Origin: Klebsormidium nitens | Taxonomy: Eukaryota > Plantae > Klebsormidiophyceae | Length of the DNA: 64,000 nt | Direction: 5' to 3' | Assembly (NCBI GenBank): GCA_000708835.1 | Contig: DF237096.1 | Span: 1 to 64,000 of the forward strand | Shown: positions 41,501 through 53,505 of the stretch, in pieces | Numbering within the stretch: position 1 is the first letter of the stretch | Layout: each line of letters opens with the position of its first letter | Position numbers and translations under genes: made by a program | Notes under the pieces: model-generated | Seen by the model: only the letters and a program-made list of their open reading frames with translations | The model's database searches: none | What the model was told of the DNA's origin: nothing

Positions 41501-44500
41501 CCGGGTGGTTATCTTCGACGGTTCCTGGAACCCGACCCACGATCTTCAGGCCATGTTCCGGGCGTGGAGGTTCGGCCAGACGAAGCCGGTGTTCGTCTAC
41601 CGGTTGCTGGCCTGCGGGACCATGGAGGAAAACATCTATGCTAGACAGGTAAGGGAGAATTTCTGAGGGGCTCGCTTTGACTTTCCTCTTTGTAGAGTAG
41701 TTTCAGATTAAAACTTCTAAACCCGAAGTTCTGTTTTCGACGTACATCGCCTCCAAAGCCTTTAAGGATATGGAGCTCTTGCGGGGGTCCTTGAACCAAC
41801 TACAGCTGCCTATCACCACATGGGTCAGAATTCTACGCAACTGATGCACAATCATGCAAAGGGATTCCAAGATTAGAAAATTCCGACTTTTTATGTCAAA
41901 ATATTCCACTGTGTTCCGTTGTCCCTCGTTTGACCAATAGTTTCCACAGCTTCATCGTCCGGCTGAACATAATCTTTACTTGGTTCATTGGGAACTGAAC
42001 ACCATCTATATCTATCACAGTGTCCTGAAGTGCTAAATTCGATGTCTCAGCATGTTAATTTCGCCTTGACAAGCGAGGTCGATAAGCGAGCGTTTCCAAG
42101 CAAATGTGCATAAAACCTCTTATTCCACCGATGCTGGCCTAATGGGCTTTTTCCGGGCCTCCAGGTGACCAAGGAGAGCCTGTCCGCGCGCGTGGTCGAC
42201 GAGCAGCAAGTCGCCAACCACTTCTCCAACCAGGAGCTCGAGTCCCTGTACACCCTAGCCGAAGACGACGACGACTACGTCCCGGAGGAAAGCACCGCCC
42301 CCGCGAACGCGCCGTCCCCGGCGACCACGACGCCCGCGAACGGGGTTGGTCGGTCGCCCGATCTGGCCGCCGACGTCATCGGGGCGGCCGCGGGGGCGGC
42401 CGCGGCCGCGGAGGGCGCGGCGCATCCGGAGCGAGTTGAGGAGGCTGTGAAGGAGGCGGTGCGGCGGGGCGTGAAGGAGTTTGCGATACCTGACGACGCG
42501 CCGCCGAAGGACGACGTGCTCGCGCGCGTGCTGCTGCGGAACCGGCCGCGGTGAGGCTTCGGTCCGCAGAACGTTTTCAAAGATTCTTGGGTGATAGATT
42601 TCTTGGCTGGAAGGTCCCTCGTTCACTCAGTTGCATGAAGACTGCGTAGCTGCCTCCACTCTGCCTTCTTCGGACGATTTTCTCAGAGAATGCTCCTCAG
42701 AAGATGCCTCAAGTCATCGATTGAAGTATTTAGATTCCCTCTCTCTTCTTTCGAGTAAGTCGTGCGCTACCACGACGTGTTGCTGGAAGACAAGGAGCTG
42801 GAGCACAATAAAAAATGCACCCGCGAACTCTTTCATAACCAGGATTTCTACTATTCTACCGGTCTGATTATCTGAAGTTTCTTTTCTTCAGATGGATCGT
42901 GCGCTACCACGAGCACGACGTGTTGCTGGAGGACAAGGAGCAGGAGCACGTGCTCTGTTCTCTCCCGGCTCCTACTCTAAACTATCGAAATCGTCCGCTT
43001 ACTTACACGAAGTTGCTTTTCTCCAGGTGGATCGTGCGCTACCACGAGCACGACGTGTTGCTGGAGGACAGGGAGTTGAAGCACCTACTCTATTTTCTCC
43101 TGGACCCTATTCAAAATTATCAGAATCAATCGCACACTCATATGAAGTTGCCTTTCTCCANNNNNNNNNNNNNNNNNNNNNNNNNNNNNNNNNNNNNNNN
43201 NNNNNNNNNNNNNNNNNNNNNNNNNNNNNNNNNNNNNNNNNNNNNNNNNNNNNNNNNNNNNNNNNNNNNNNNNNNNNNNNNNNNNNNNNNNNNNNNNNNN
43301 NNNNNNNNNNNNNNNNNNNNNNNNNNNNNNNNNNNNNNNNNNNNNNNNNNNNNNNNNNNNNNNNNNNNNNNNNNNNNNNNNNNNNNNNNNNNNNNNNNNN
43401 NNNNNNNNNNNNNNNNNNNNNNNNNNNNNNNNNNNNNNNNNNNNNNNNNNNNNNNNNNNNNNNNNNNNNNNNNNNNNNNNNNNNNNNNNNNNNNNNNNNN
43501 NNNNNNNNNNNNNNNNNNNNNNNNNNNNNNNNNNNNNNNNNNNNNNNNNNNNNNNNNNNNNNNNNNNNNNNNNNNNNNNNNNNNNNNNNNNNNNNNNNNN
43601 NNNNNNNNNNNNNNNNNNNNNNNNNNNNNNNNNNNNNNNNNNNNNNNNNNNNNNNNNNNNNNNNNNNNNNNNNNNNNNNNNNNNNNNNNNNNNNNNNNNN
43701 NNNNNNNNNNNNNNNNNNNNNNNNNNNNNNNNNNNNNNNNNNNNNNNAGGACAAGGAGCAGGAGCACCTGGACGAGCGCGAGAAGGCGCTCGCGTGGAAG
43801 GAGCATGAGGAGGCCGCCATCCGCGAGGCGCAGCCGGAGCTGACGCAGCACCAGGTCGCCATCCAGCTGCTGCTCAAGGACCTGCACCAGGTGGGTTTTC
43901 GCGATTTAGGGTTTTCGGGTCTCTGGTAATAGGGTTTTCAGGTGGCGGAGTCCCAGAACCACAATGGGTGCCATTCAGCTGCTCCTCAAGGGCCTTCGTC
44001 AGGTGAGGACCGACACAAAAAAAAATGCGCTCTACTTCAGGAGTGGTTGTTTGAAAAGTAGGCATTGCAAGCAGTGGATGGGACGGCGGGTGAGGGCCGA
44101 CTCCAACAATCGTGCGCTCTCCTTCAGAAGTAGTTGTCCGACTCCTGTGCGTTGCAAGCAGTGAATGGGGGCCAGCGGCTACTTTTTTCCCCCCCTATTC
44201 TGTTGGCACGGGCAGAGGCGGAGAACCCAGCAATGGGTCGTTTGCAGACGTACGCAGAACCTTTAAAGTAGGCGGTAGTTTTCAAGGTGGTTGGAATCCA
44301 TTTGTCTTTAAAAAATTGGGCGCCACATCTGGGCCATGTGAAGCAGCTGGATGAATCTTCCTTCAAGCCTTTATTCACGGCTGCAACATGGTCGCCAGAC
44401 GCCAGAGTCGGTGACGCCAGACAAAAAGAAACACCTTGTCAACGGTGTTACCTTACTTAATGAAGAGAATTGGCGCGCAGGAAGAAGCGGGCCTGCAGGC

Positions 44501-45450
44501 CACAGCAGAGGAATCCTTTCAGAGTGTATGTGTGCGTCCCGTCACGCTTAAATTATCTCCTGCTATGTGAATGCCTGTTCTTTTCCCCAATCTGTCCTTC
44601 CCTCGCTCTTAAGCCTGCAAAGTATTCGGAGGTCTTTCGGAGCACGGTGGCCACATCAAGTCGCCGCTTCAATTCGGCTGACGCCTTCTGTCAACGCACC
44701 AAACGACGGCACGGAGAGACACTTTTCGTGGTGACAGTAATTTCCCGTATGGTGGCAGGTCGCAGACAGCCCCGGCCCGGACGAAGTATTGGGGAGGCTT
44801 TGCTTCTGTCCATTTCGTGACAGCCACTTCTCTGGTTTCTGATCCAGTTTCATCCATTTTATTTATTATTATCGATATATAATTGCAGGTGGAACAGAAC
44901 GCCGAGTTGGGCGAGGACGAGAAGCGACTCCAGCTGCGGTCAATCCACAGCAGTATCGGCCTGCAACGCAACCTGCAAGCGCAGCTTGAACTGAACCAGA
45001 GGCACCAGGCGGAGCTCCTGCAGGCCGCAGCGTTGGCGCAGGCACAGGCGCAGGCGGCGCAAGGACACGTGGCATCGGGGGCGCAAGGACACGTGGCAAC
45101 CGGGCCGCAGGGGCACGTGCCAGCGGCACCAGCGCCGGGGTTGCGGGGGGCGCCTGTGAGGGAGGACGGCGAGGGGAAGGCGCAGAAAGATTTTCGGNNN
45201 NNNNNNNNNNNNNNNNNNNNNNNNNNNNNNNNNNNNNNNNNNNNNNNNNNNNNNNNNNNNNNNNNNNNNNNNNNNNNNNNNNNNNNNNNNGGGAGTGGAT
45301 AGGGAAGGCGGTCAGAAGGAGAGTCGGCCAGCGGCAGGCGGGGACGAAAAGGTGCGCGCGCCGGTCAAAGTGCAAAGTGCCGTTGAGAGATTGAGGGCGA
45401 AGGAGGAACATGCTCGGAGAGCGGCTTTGTATGCTCGGATGGGTCTGTAA
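29511..45450 (+). CDS. ATRX: ATRX-like SNF2 chromatin remodeller (ADD domain + SNF2 ATPase + helicase C), about 17 exons, two assembly gaps
   Basis: Plant-ATRX N-terminal blocks ([17 protein letters not shown]; RPV..LGASGFM). ADD domain ([18 protein letters not shown]; [39 protein letters not shown]). ATPase motifs [107 protein letters not shown]. The start ATG is inferred. The C-terminus after the 93-N gap reads GVDREGG...ALYARMGL* to TAA at 45450. Confidence 0.95.
42874..43747 (+). repeat. 135-bp tandem array of the ATRX acceptor site plus exon start, running into an N gap
   Basis: Units start at 42874, 43009 and 43144 (GAAGTT..TTCTYCAG|RTGGATCGTGCGCTACCACGAGCACGACGTGTTGCTGGAGGAC). A more degenerate unit lies at ~42740-42873. 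Confidence 0.9.
43161..43747. other. Assembly gap (587 N) inside ATRX intron repeat array
   Basis: Run of N. Confidence 1.
45198..45290. other. Assembly gap (93 N) inside ATRX last exon
   Basis: Run of N. The coding frame differs on either side, so the gap size is approximate. Confidence 1.
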
Positions 45451-45544
45451 GGCGCCTCCATCAAGGACGAAGGTCTTTGCGCGGTTTCATCCTTCAGTGT
45501 CATTTGTGAGACATTGTCATTCTTGTTTTGCTTATAGTTTTGGG

Positions 45545-46420
45545 TTATTCTTGGAGCATCTCCTGTAATACCGTTTCAACGCCCATGCTATTTCCAAGTA
45601 CGCCAACCAAATGGTGTCGTGTGCTGTATGTACTCTTGCAATCGTACAGTGCATACCCATACCGTGTGCATGCGGATACTTCAAATTCGTTGACTGTTTC
45701 TATGCGTGACCAAAAATCTCGTCCCATGTCACATCGGCAATCGAAGGTGATGACATAAGGAGGCTCATTTGCACAAATCATGAATATTCGAGGGAATGGT
45801 CGTCAACCACACCGACAAACACCCCATCAGCAGCATCCTCTTCAGGGTCTATCTCAATCTCTTATATCCATCTAGACAGGACCCATACTTTACACAATCC
45901 ACAGTCTTGTCAAAGTTTATCTCGTATGTACCTTCATTGATTCTTCGAATTGTTGTAGGATCACCCCTCGCCGCACCTGACATGCAAATTGTGACTGTGC
46001 CAACTGCATAAAACGAGGGCCCTCGATCATGCTGCATGTAATTACGGACCATGGCAAGAGCTGATTGCTTGATCTTTTCAAAAGATCCGCGGTATATGGT
46101 CTTTGCTACTGATTGCTGATTCAAAAACAGCCCGACAATTAAGCCAAAAAGTTCTCCCGTCCGTGCCTGGCCGTCCGTGCATGGCCCAGAACGTACACTG
46201 TGCAAACATGTATATGCTCGTGGTCCTAGCTGCAAATCGTAGAATATACCCATTATATAATGCAAGATATGTGATCGATCCTCAAGCACTCCGAGCGACT
46301 AATCTTCTTGGTCAAAGTACTTGGTGTAACGGCTCTTGGCCAGGGGCTCCTTCAGCTTGCTTCGCATGATGGAGAAGCCCAATTAGTTTTCGATAAGGTT
46401 CTGAAGCGACGTGATTATCA
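45545..46420 (-). pseudogene. Decayed intronless coding-like sequence of unknown family
   Basis: 146-codon ORF 45849-46289. The same frame continues upstream through TAG and TAA stops (…EN*LGFSIMRSKLKEPLAKSRYTKYFDQED*SLGVLEDRSH…), and a shifted frame continues downstream (45545-45781). It lacks the GC-rich codon usage of neighbouring genes. No family recognised. Confidence 0.3.
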
Positions 46421-46619
46421 ACTTAACAATTAAGGTGGTCAAATGCCGCGTGCTTTTTGATGGGGCTGGTGCACGGCTGCAACAACCACTTGACAGCACC
46501 GCTCCAGCCCCCCCGGGCCCTCGAGCCCGGGGGCCACTCGAGCCAAAGCGATCGCCAACCAAGCCGGGACCAAGCCATGGCCAACAAGTAAACCATTGGC
46601 TTGCAAATCCTAAAAATTG

Positions 46620-47051
46620 CAGGGTAACCGCATGGTGTTTTGTGGCTCATGGAATGATATCAATCCACGGGTTCTGTCTGAATGGTGTGTGAATGGTACA
46701 AGAATGGTAGTCACTGGGCAGAGAACTACATTTGAAGCCCTCAAAATGTGCCCGGTGAACAAAGTATGAGAGCTTTTGCACCTATATGAAATACTTTCAA
46801 GCCAAGCCCGTATGAGCAGTAAGATATTGAGATATAAAAGCAATATAAAATGTCGCGAAGCTTGCTTCAGCACTTCCCGCCTGGAAAAGGACAGCGAGTG
46901 TCAAGGGTCAAGTAGATTTAAGCATACTGCTAACCAAAATCACACCTATCAGCACCGGTCAACTCATTAACCGTCCGAATCGAATGGTACACCATTCGTA
47001 CCATGCGCCCCGGTGGAAGGAGCTGGTACAATTCACCATGCGGTTACCCTG
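46620..47051. mobile_element. Non-autonomous hAT-type MITE (432 bp)
   Basis: Perfect 18-bp terminal inverted repeats CAGGGTAACCGCATGGTG / CACCATGCGGTTACCCTG. Identical 8-bp target-site duplication AAAAATTG at 46612-46619 and 47052-47059. Subterminal GAATGGT repeats. No transposase ORF. Confidence 0.9.
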
Positions 47052-49300
47052 AAAAATTGCACAACGTACAGGGCCTCAAGCTGACCGTCTCAGATTCAAG
47101 CGTTGAGTGCCAGTCATCGACATGCAGTCTAATACGGTAGGTACCGTATGCTCAAGCTGTCCGTCCTAGTTTAACACAAGCGGTGCAAGTCAGCAAGTCT
47201 GACTCACCTCCGGTGTCCAGTATTACCTATGAGCGGAGATCTCCAAAAATTAGCAGATCCCGGGTGAGCCCGTCGCGTGCATGTCAGCTGCGGCCCAGCG
47301 GCCGGTTGGTCCGTTACTCTGACATCAGCACGCAATGATGACTTGCAAGCCGCCGATAAAATCGGCCGCCTTCAACGGATTCTACAGTTTTCCGCTGAAA
47401 CCTCTTCAAGTTGTCGCAACAGTCAACCCAGTCAAGCGTAACGCTAAAAATCACTCCCGTAACGCACGCCGCACTCGCCGTAATCTATAGGTTGTGTGTG
47501 ACGAAAGCATGGGCACCATCTTGGACCGGGCGGATTACATCGTGGCTATCCAACCTCCTTGGGGGGCAATTAGGGCGTATGGTTTTGTCGTCAACGAAAA
47601 TGTTTCAATCGATGTTTATTCCCGGAACACAATCTAGAACAACGGTTTGATTTAAAATCTGGAAAAGGCATCTCAAGAACGAATCCAACAGGGGTTTCCA
47701 GCTCCCTGTCTGCGGGTGCAATCCAGGGGGAGTTCTTCGACGACCGAAAAGTAACCGACTAGGTTAAAAATAGAGACCTTGTAGAAGACTTGGCCAGCAC
47801 CAAGTATTATTACCCTGCTTAAATATCCCTAAAATTTCGGATACGACCTAAACCCTAGGATTTACGACAAACAGGGGGAGTCAAACACGAGCTTGAGCGA
47901 GTGCCTCAATCATGCAGGAATGTAACGGCTCATCAGTATTTTGGAGTTCTCAAACTGTATTCAAATTGTATTATTGTGCAAAGTACACCTCCTGGGCTGT
48001 AACCCGGTCTAGCTGTACATCACGTGGTTAACTCAGATGACTTTTCGTAACGGTGGCCCTTCCACTAAAGGGAGGGGTATGGAAACTTTATTTTTGTGAA
48101 TTTTCCAGGGTGTTGGATCCCGCAGTCGATCGCGATCCGCGCGGAGGGCGTCTTACGACCGTATACCTGGTACCTGGTTCCTGTTTCGGTACCATTTTAG
48201 TAGGCAAGAAAGGGTACCAGAGGTGCGTCCATCATTCGAATGCAGGGTCGGGATTTTGCAAACAAGAACCAATATGAAAACCGATCCGCTACAATAACAG
48301 TATATTATGAGCATTCAGACCCGTACGATGGCCGTACGAACGGTATCTGAGCTGATCTGAGCATTGAGCAATGAGTTTACCCCACCTCAGGCCGGGTTTA
48401 GATCGCCCGGATTGTGTGCAAAGGTGGCAAAGCAACTCTGTATGCCGTAGTGCACGACCTATCGCACCCAAGATAATCCTGACGAACTTAGTTTGGGCCA
48501 GAAAGTGCCTCGTTAAAGGTTGGTTAAGGGCCTTACAAGGGCCTGAAGCCGGGTTTGTGAATTTTAAAACAATGAGATAAATGTATTTTGTAGATTTCTG
48601 TAAATTGTCCGTGCCACTACAGTAGTCGCCTTGCATGCACAGCCTCCGCCCCCCGATCAGCGTTACGAGCTCAACGCATCCACGAAGTTCAGGCGTCAAG
48701 CGTTGCCCAGGTAGTGCTATTCTCTAGACTCTACCTACATCACTTGTGTTTTCCGCTCTGGAAGAAAGGCGCCACCCAACAAGTCCGCATTAGCTGAGGC
48801 CGGGGCTTCTAGAAACCGATGCTCATCTTTGGAGTGAACCCCTGCAGGTTGCAGTTCCAGGGTCCAGGTACAGGTAGTTTGCCCCGTTTCCTTGGAAGTT
48901 TTCTGGGTGGTCCAGGAATTTCGCAGGCTGTCTGCATGAGACTGACCCGGGCGGCGTGGGGGTTTCAGACGAAGGGATGCTGGAGACAGAAGCCTTGTCT
49001 TTGTAACGACGGGGGGCGGCTTGACTTTGTGCAAGCATTTGGCCTCGTTCTAGGCGCTACGATCTTGTGCAGCAGGAAGTGGAGTCCACCAATGCCACAT
49101 GAGCTGGAGTCTAGGGAAAGCCTTTGTTGAGCTCAGGCAGAGGTTTAAGTAGAGCAGCGTTCAATACTCAGCCAGACTTCAAGGAGCCAACAGAGCTCCT
49201 GAGCAATAAGATCCATCACAGAAACAAAAAGTCAAACGGAGTCTCTTAAAGCCTCACAGAGGGGAGGCTGGAACACTTGTGCCTGATCTGGAGTCTTTCG

Positions 49301-52300
49301 ATGGCAGGCCCTTCGCAAATGTCTCCATGTGCAGGTATTGGATTCTACTCTTCTTGTTTCTGATGCTTGTCTGCATGATCTGGTTTCTCATTGCATTGCT
49401 TCGTCCTGCTTAATTGGCTCTCAGTGTGTCGAGCAAGAATTGCAGAAAAGCTGCGGAGTTTGGCTATGAGCCGCAACTGCTGCCAACAGCTGATTCTCGT
49501 CACTTCGTGTTAATTAAGGAGTACATACCTTGCCGGTACCTCATTCGGCCAAGTCTTTGAAGTTTTAGCAGCTTTGGGAGTAGAGAAATCAATTGCATGC
49601 CAGATAAGTGGGAAATGTTGAGGGACCTTATCGAAACATGGTGAAGATCAAGAGATTGAAGAACAGAGGGGGAAGGATGACAGATTGAAAAATCAGTATA
49701 TTGTCTGGAGTGGTGGTATCAAAGTGTCTGCTTGTGTCAAAACGAAACTCCCTTCATTGCATTTCATTTTTATGATGCAGCTTGCAAGTTTTTGAGGAGG
49801 AAGTGTACACCAGACTGGTGAGTCGGCCGCAGCTTTGATTAAGTGACTCTTGCCAGCGACGTTCGGTGAAAGTCTCTGAAAACTTTCGTTACGAATAATT
49901 CCACTACGAAGATTGCCCCTCACATTCCGGAATGTGCCGTGTGACGAACATTGAGGATCCTTGTTGACAAGCGTGCACAACAAGGGGCAGATTTTCCTTG
50001 TTCAAATTGTCACACCCAGCGGACAGGTGCAAGCGTCTTCTGGGACAGGTGACACCCAGATCCTTTTTTGTCAAGTTGACACCCAGAGAACTTATTCACT
50101 GGTTTGACATGACATGAGCAATTAGAGTCAGGTTACCTCAGTGGGGATACTTCGGCACGTTAACCAAAGCGACGAAGTGATCTGACAGCTGAATTGCAAT
50201 TCTGTCCAATTTTGCGCCTGAGATGAAGTTGGTATCATCGAGTGGCACTGTCTCAGTGCTGAGAGCCTCTCTCACTGTGCACCCCCCATCTGTCGCTTTC
50301 ATCTCATCACTTTGTCTCTAGATTTGACTTTCTGCAACCACTGACTGCTTCCTGCAGCGTTGCAGGTGCAGTCATCAGCTTTTCGTCCCGATTGTCAGGC
50401 AAAGTCTGTTTTTCACACCACAAAGGTATGATCAGTCTTGCACTTACTTCTATAATTTACCTTTTCATCAAGTCTGCAGCGATGTTCTGACTCGGCGCTC
50501 GTCTTTGCCTGCCCCAGCCTCTTTGCACCGTACTTCCCGCCAGATCAGCCGCAGAAGTTTGCAAACGTGCACAAGATCTTCGGCGCTAGCAACATCACCA
50601 AGCTCCTACATGACTTGCCGCTCTCTCAGCGAGAGGACGCCGTCAATAGCCTTGCGTATGAAGCAGACGCAAGGTGAGTGTTGCAATACATGCAATTTTC
50701 AGAGATGGATAATCAGCAGAGTCCAACCGCACCACCTCCGTGGACTGTTTTTTTGTCAAGCATCTCCTATCAGGGACTTTTCTACCTTACATTTTAGAAG
50801 TCAGTTGCCAATGCATAGCTGGAACGTACATGTGGCGAAATCAGCAGGAGCTGGAGGAAGGGTAACGGCACCCTCTGAGGTCTGAGCTCACAAACCAACA
50901 GCTGAACATCCTTCTTGCATGTGAATAGGAAAACCAAACAGCAATCCTCAAACAACAGCGCACTCAGAAAGTCAGACCAATCTTCTGAATCTGGTCCTGA
51001 AAAGGAGCAAAACTTACTTGGGGGACAAGCCATCTTTCACACAGAGGAGTTGGTTACTTTGTTAAAAGTGTGATGGACTGGACACGAGCCTGGGGCATTT
51101 CAATCCAGTCCAGTCCTGGAGGAACACCTTCTGGGGACGCTCATAAATTGTGCTCAGGAACAGAGTACACTGGTTGAACGCAACGCCTATATGAGGACAG
51201 AAGATTTGAATACGAAGATGAAAGGGACTGGAACAGGGCGAGTCAACGGGTCAGATCAACTCCTTCACTCCGAGCGGACCTTACAGGTGGCAATAGTAGC
51301 TCCAGTCCCACGCTGCCATTTGATAAGGGGCTGTTTGGCTACCCTTTCAGAAGCTTAGCAGCATGAGATATCATCTGCTTTAGTCTGGAGAAAGGACCAC
51401 TGTTGATCAGCCGCAGAATTATATTGTAGCAAGCTTATTTGACCCAGTATCACGGGGCCTCCCTAACTGCCACTGACACTAAACCTCATCTGAAAAACTC
51501 TGAAATTTCGCTTGAGATGCTCACATGCAAGTCAGCCAGATGAGGGGAGCCTCCGGTTCAGTTTTCGCTTTGTTGCCGAGGACCATTTCAGTCACTTCAC
51601 TCTGATTTGGTCTCTTGTCAGATGACAGACTGCAGTTGCAGACAGTATGCTGAATGAACCCCAGGACTTCTGAGGGGATTAATATGGCGCTTAAGAATGC
51701 TTCTTATGGCCATTTCCAAGGCTTGATAGCCCGGGCAATGATCTGAATCTTCATTGCTGGGCTTGTTCCTTCTTTGCAGAGTCAAAGATCCTGTGTATGG
51801 GTGCGTAGGGGCCATCTCTGTCCTCCAACAGCAGGTAGCGCATCTGCAGGTAAGGACCACGCCTGACGGTTTCTCATCTTTTAACGAACAGCTCAAATTG
51901 CTTTGTCGTGGAGCAGCTAAGGGGTCTGATTGAGCAGGCCTGTGGATTGTGAAGAAGGGAGCTCTGGGTACATTCAGTCTTATTCTCTGCGTCAGTGTAC
52001 TTTCGTTGCAAAGTTGGTCTGGCAGCTTTGTTGGTATCGCGATCTGTGGATACTAGTCCTCTGGCTATCTGCGCAGAGAACACTCCTCGGCTCAGGATCT
52101 CCCTGCTTTGACAGTCCTCGTCTTGCCTGCCTTTCCATGTTGCCAAGCTTCCTTACCTTCCTTTTCTCCTCCTACTAGTTCCTTTTGCACTGTAGCTATT
52201 TACGGAGACGCTGGTGGTCCTTAATGCGGTAGAGAAGCCGTTGACGAGGTCTTCTGAGGGCCGGAGTAAAGATTGTTTCGAAGGCGAGTCGCATAGTCTT

Positions 52301-53505
52301 CGAAGAGCCGCCTTTGGTCCGGCTCACAGGCGTTTGAATTTACGTCTTCACTTTTCGGTGATTGCAGGCGGAGCTAGCGATCGCGCATGCAGAACTCACT
52401 AGAATACACACGACGACTGTGCCGCCCCTTCAGGACGATCACGAAAACCCAGCGGTGAGATTCCTTTGCGCGCAGCTCCTCTTTCATCCCGTCCTCGCCT
52501 CTCAACTGCCTTCCCCTGAGTTCTGCTGGTATACGGACGTTTCAAGACATCGAATGGAGGACACATGGAAAGACCGCCACAGAAGTTTGTGCAGAGGGCG
52601 CGCAAGTAACAAAGGGCGCGGCAGGAGGAAGGAAATTGTGTGCAAAGAATGTGCACATACTTCTCACTCGCTCTCCGCTATGCTGAGCCTGCGCTTGCTT
52701 CTCAGCCAGTTCGACGGACAAGTCGAATCTACATTAAGGGTCGCAGAATCTGGAAGACAATCTGCTTTCAGTCGCACGCCTTCATTCGAATCTACGTTAA
52801 GGGTCGCAGGATTTGGAAGACAATCTGCTTTCAGTCGCACGCCTTCATATTGAAGATAGTGCTTGCCAGATGATTTGCGGAACGAAGCACTATCAGGGTC
52901 TGGCCAAACTTTCTTCTCATTGCTTTGAAGCCGGAAATGCTCACAGGAGCAAGGACGTCGCAAAGTTTGAGTGATAAGGTTTGGTCTTGGCGTTCTCCGA
53001 CCAATGATTGATTGAGAAGGCACTTCCAGAGACCAATCTTAGCCACGTCGCTATTTCAAAAGCGTTCCCGGTCGTGGTTTCTGAATCATAAATTCTCCTT
53101 GAGCCCGCTTTAGCAGCATTGAAAGTATGGGAGGTGTCTGTATCCACCACATGTCCACTATTTGTACCAACTTTTCTGTGATTGGTGCGCGCTTGTGCCT
53201 TTTGTTTCCGTCAGACATTGTTGTGCCTCTGAATTGCTGCTATTCGCGTTAACGAAATTGCTGATTTCTACTTGTTGCCGGTCGAGAGTTACCTTTTCCA
53301 ACGTTCAAAATACCACATGCACCATCGAACGAGGAACAACCAGTACCAGGGATAAACAGGGTTTTCTGCCTGCTTCTAGCTCGACAGCCGTCGTAAACGT
53401 GTTTCCCAGATCGTGCAGGTTCTTTCTGTTGCGATGAGCAGCCGGCCGTTGGTGTCGCAGGCACTGGCATCGTATGCGGGCTTGAAACCAGATTCCATGC
53501 GGTAG
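49301..53505 (+). CDS. LBD: Class I LOB-domain (LBD/AS2-like) transcription factor
   Basis: Exons 49301-49334, 49781-49817, 50518-50673, 51780-51849, 52368-52454 splice to MAGPSQMSPCAACKFLRRKCTPDCLFAPYFPPDQPQKFANVHKIFGASNITKLLHDLPLSQREDAVNSLAYEADARVKDPVYGCVGAISVLQQQVAHLQAELAIAHAEL (C-block, GAS block, leucine zipper). The last exon 53380-53505 is phase-compatible but tentative. Confidence 0.92.
52723..52848. repeat. 63-bp tandem duplication in LBD intron/3' region
   Basis: TCGAATCTAC(A/G)TTAAGGGTCGCAG..GAAGACAATCTGCTTTCAGTCGCACGCCTTCAT at 52723 and 52786. Confidence 0.9.

Noticed and set aside
42892-43929. 250-345 aa ORFs in the ORF track
   Set aside because: They are artefacts of translating through the N gap.
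47218-47226. CAGTATTAC nonanucleotide as a CRESS-virus replication origin
   Set aside because: It is not enclosed by a proper stem, several such matches are expected by chance in 64 kb, and there is no HUH Rep motif nearby.
52455-52853. Continuation of ORF 52362-52853 as the LBD C-terminus
   Set aside because: A good GTGAG donor occurs at 52455, and the downstream sequence includes a tandem duplication and reads like intron. Read-through cannot be fully excluded without cDNA.
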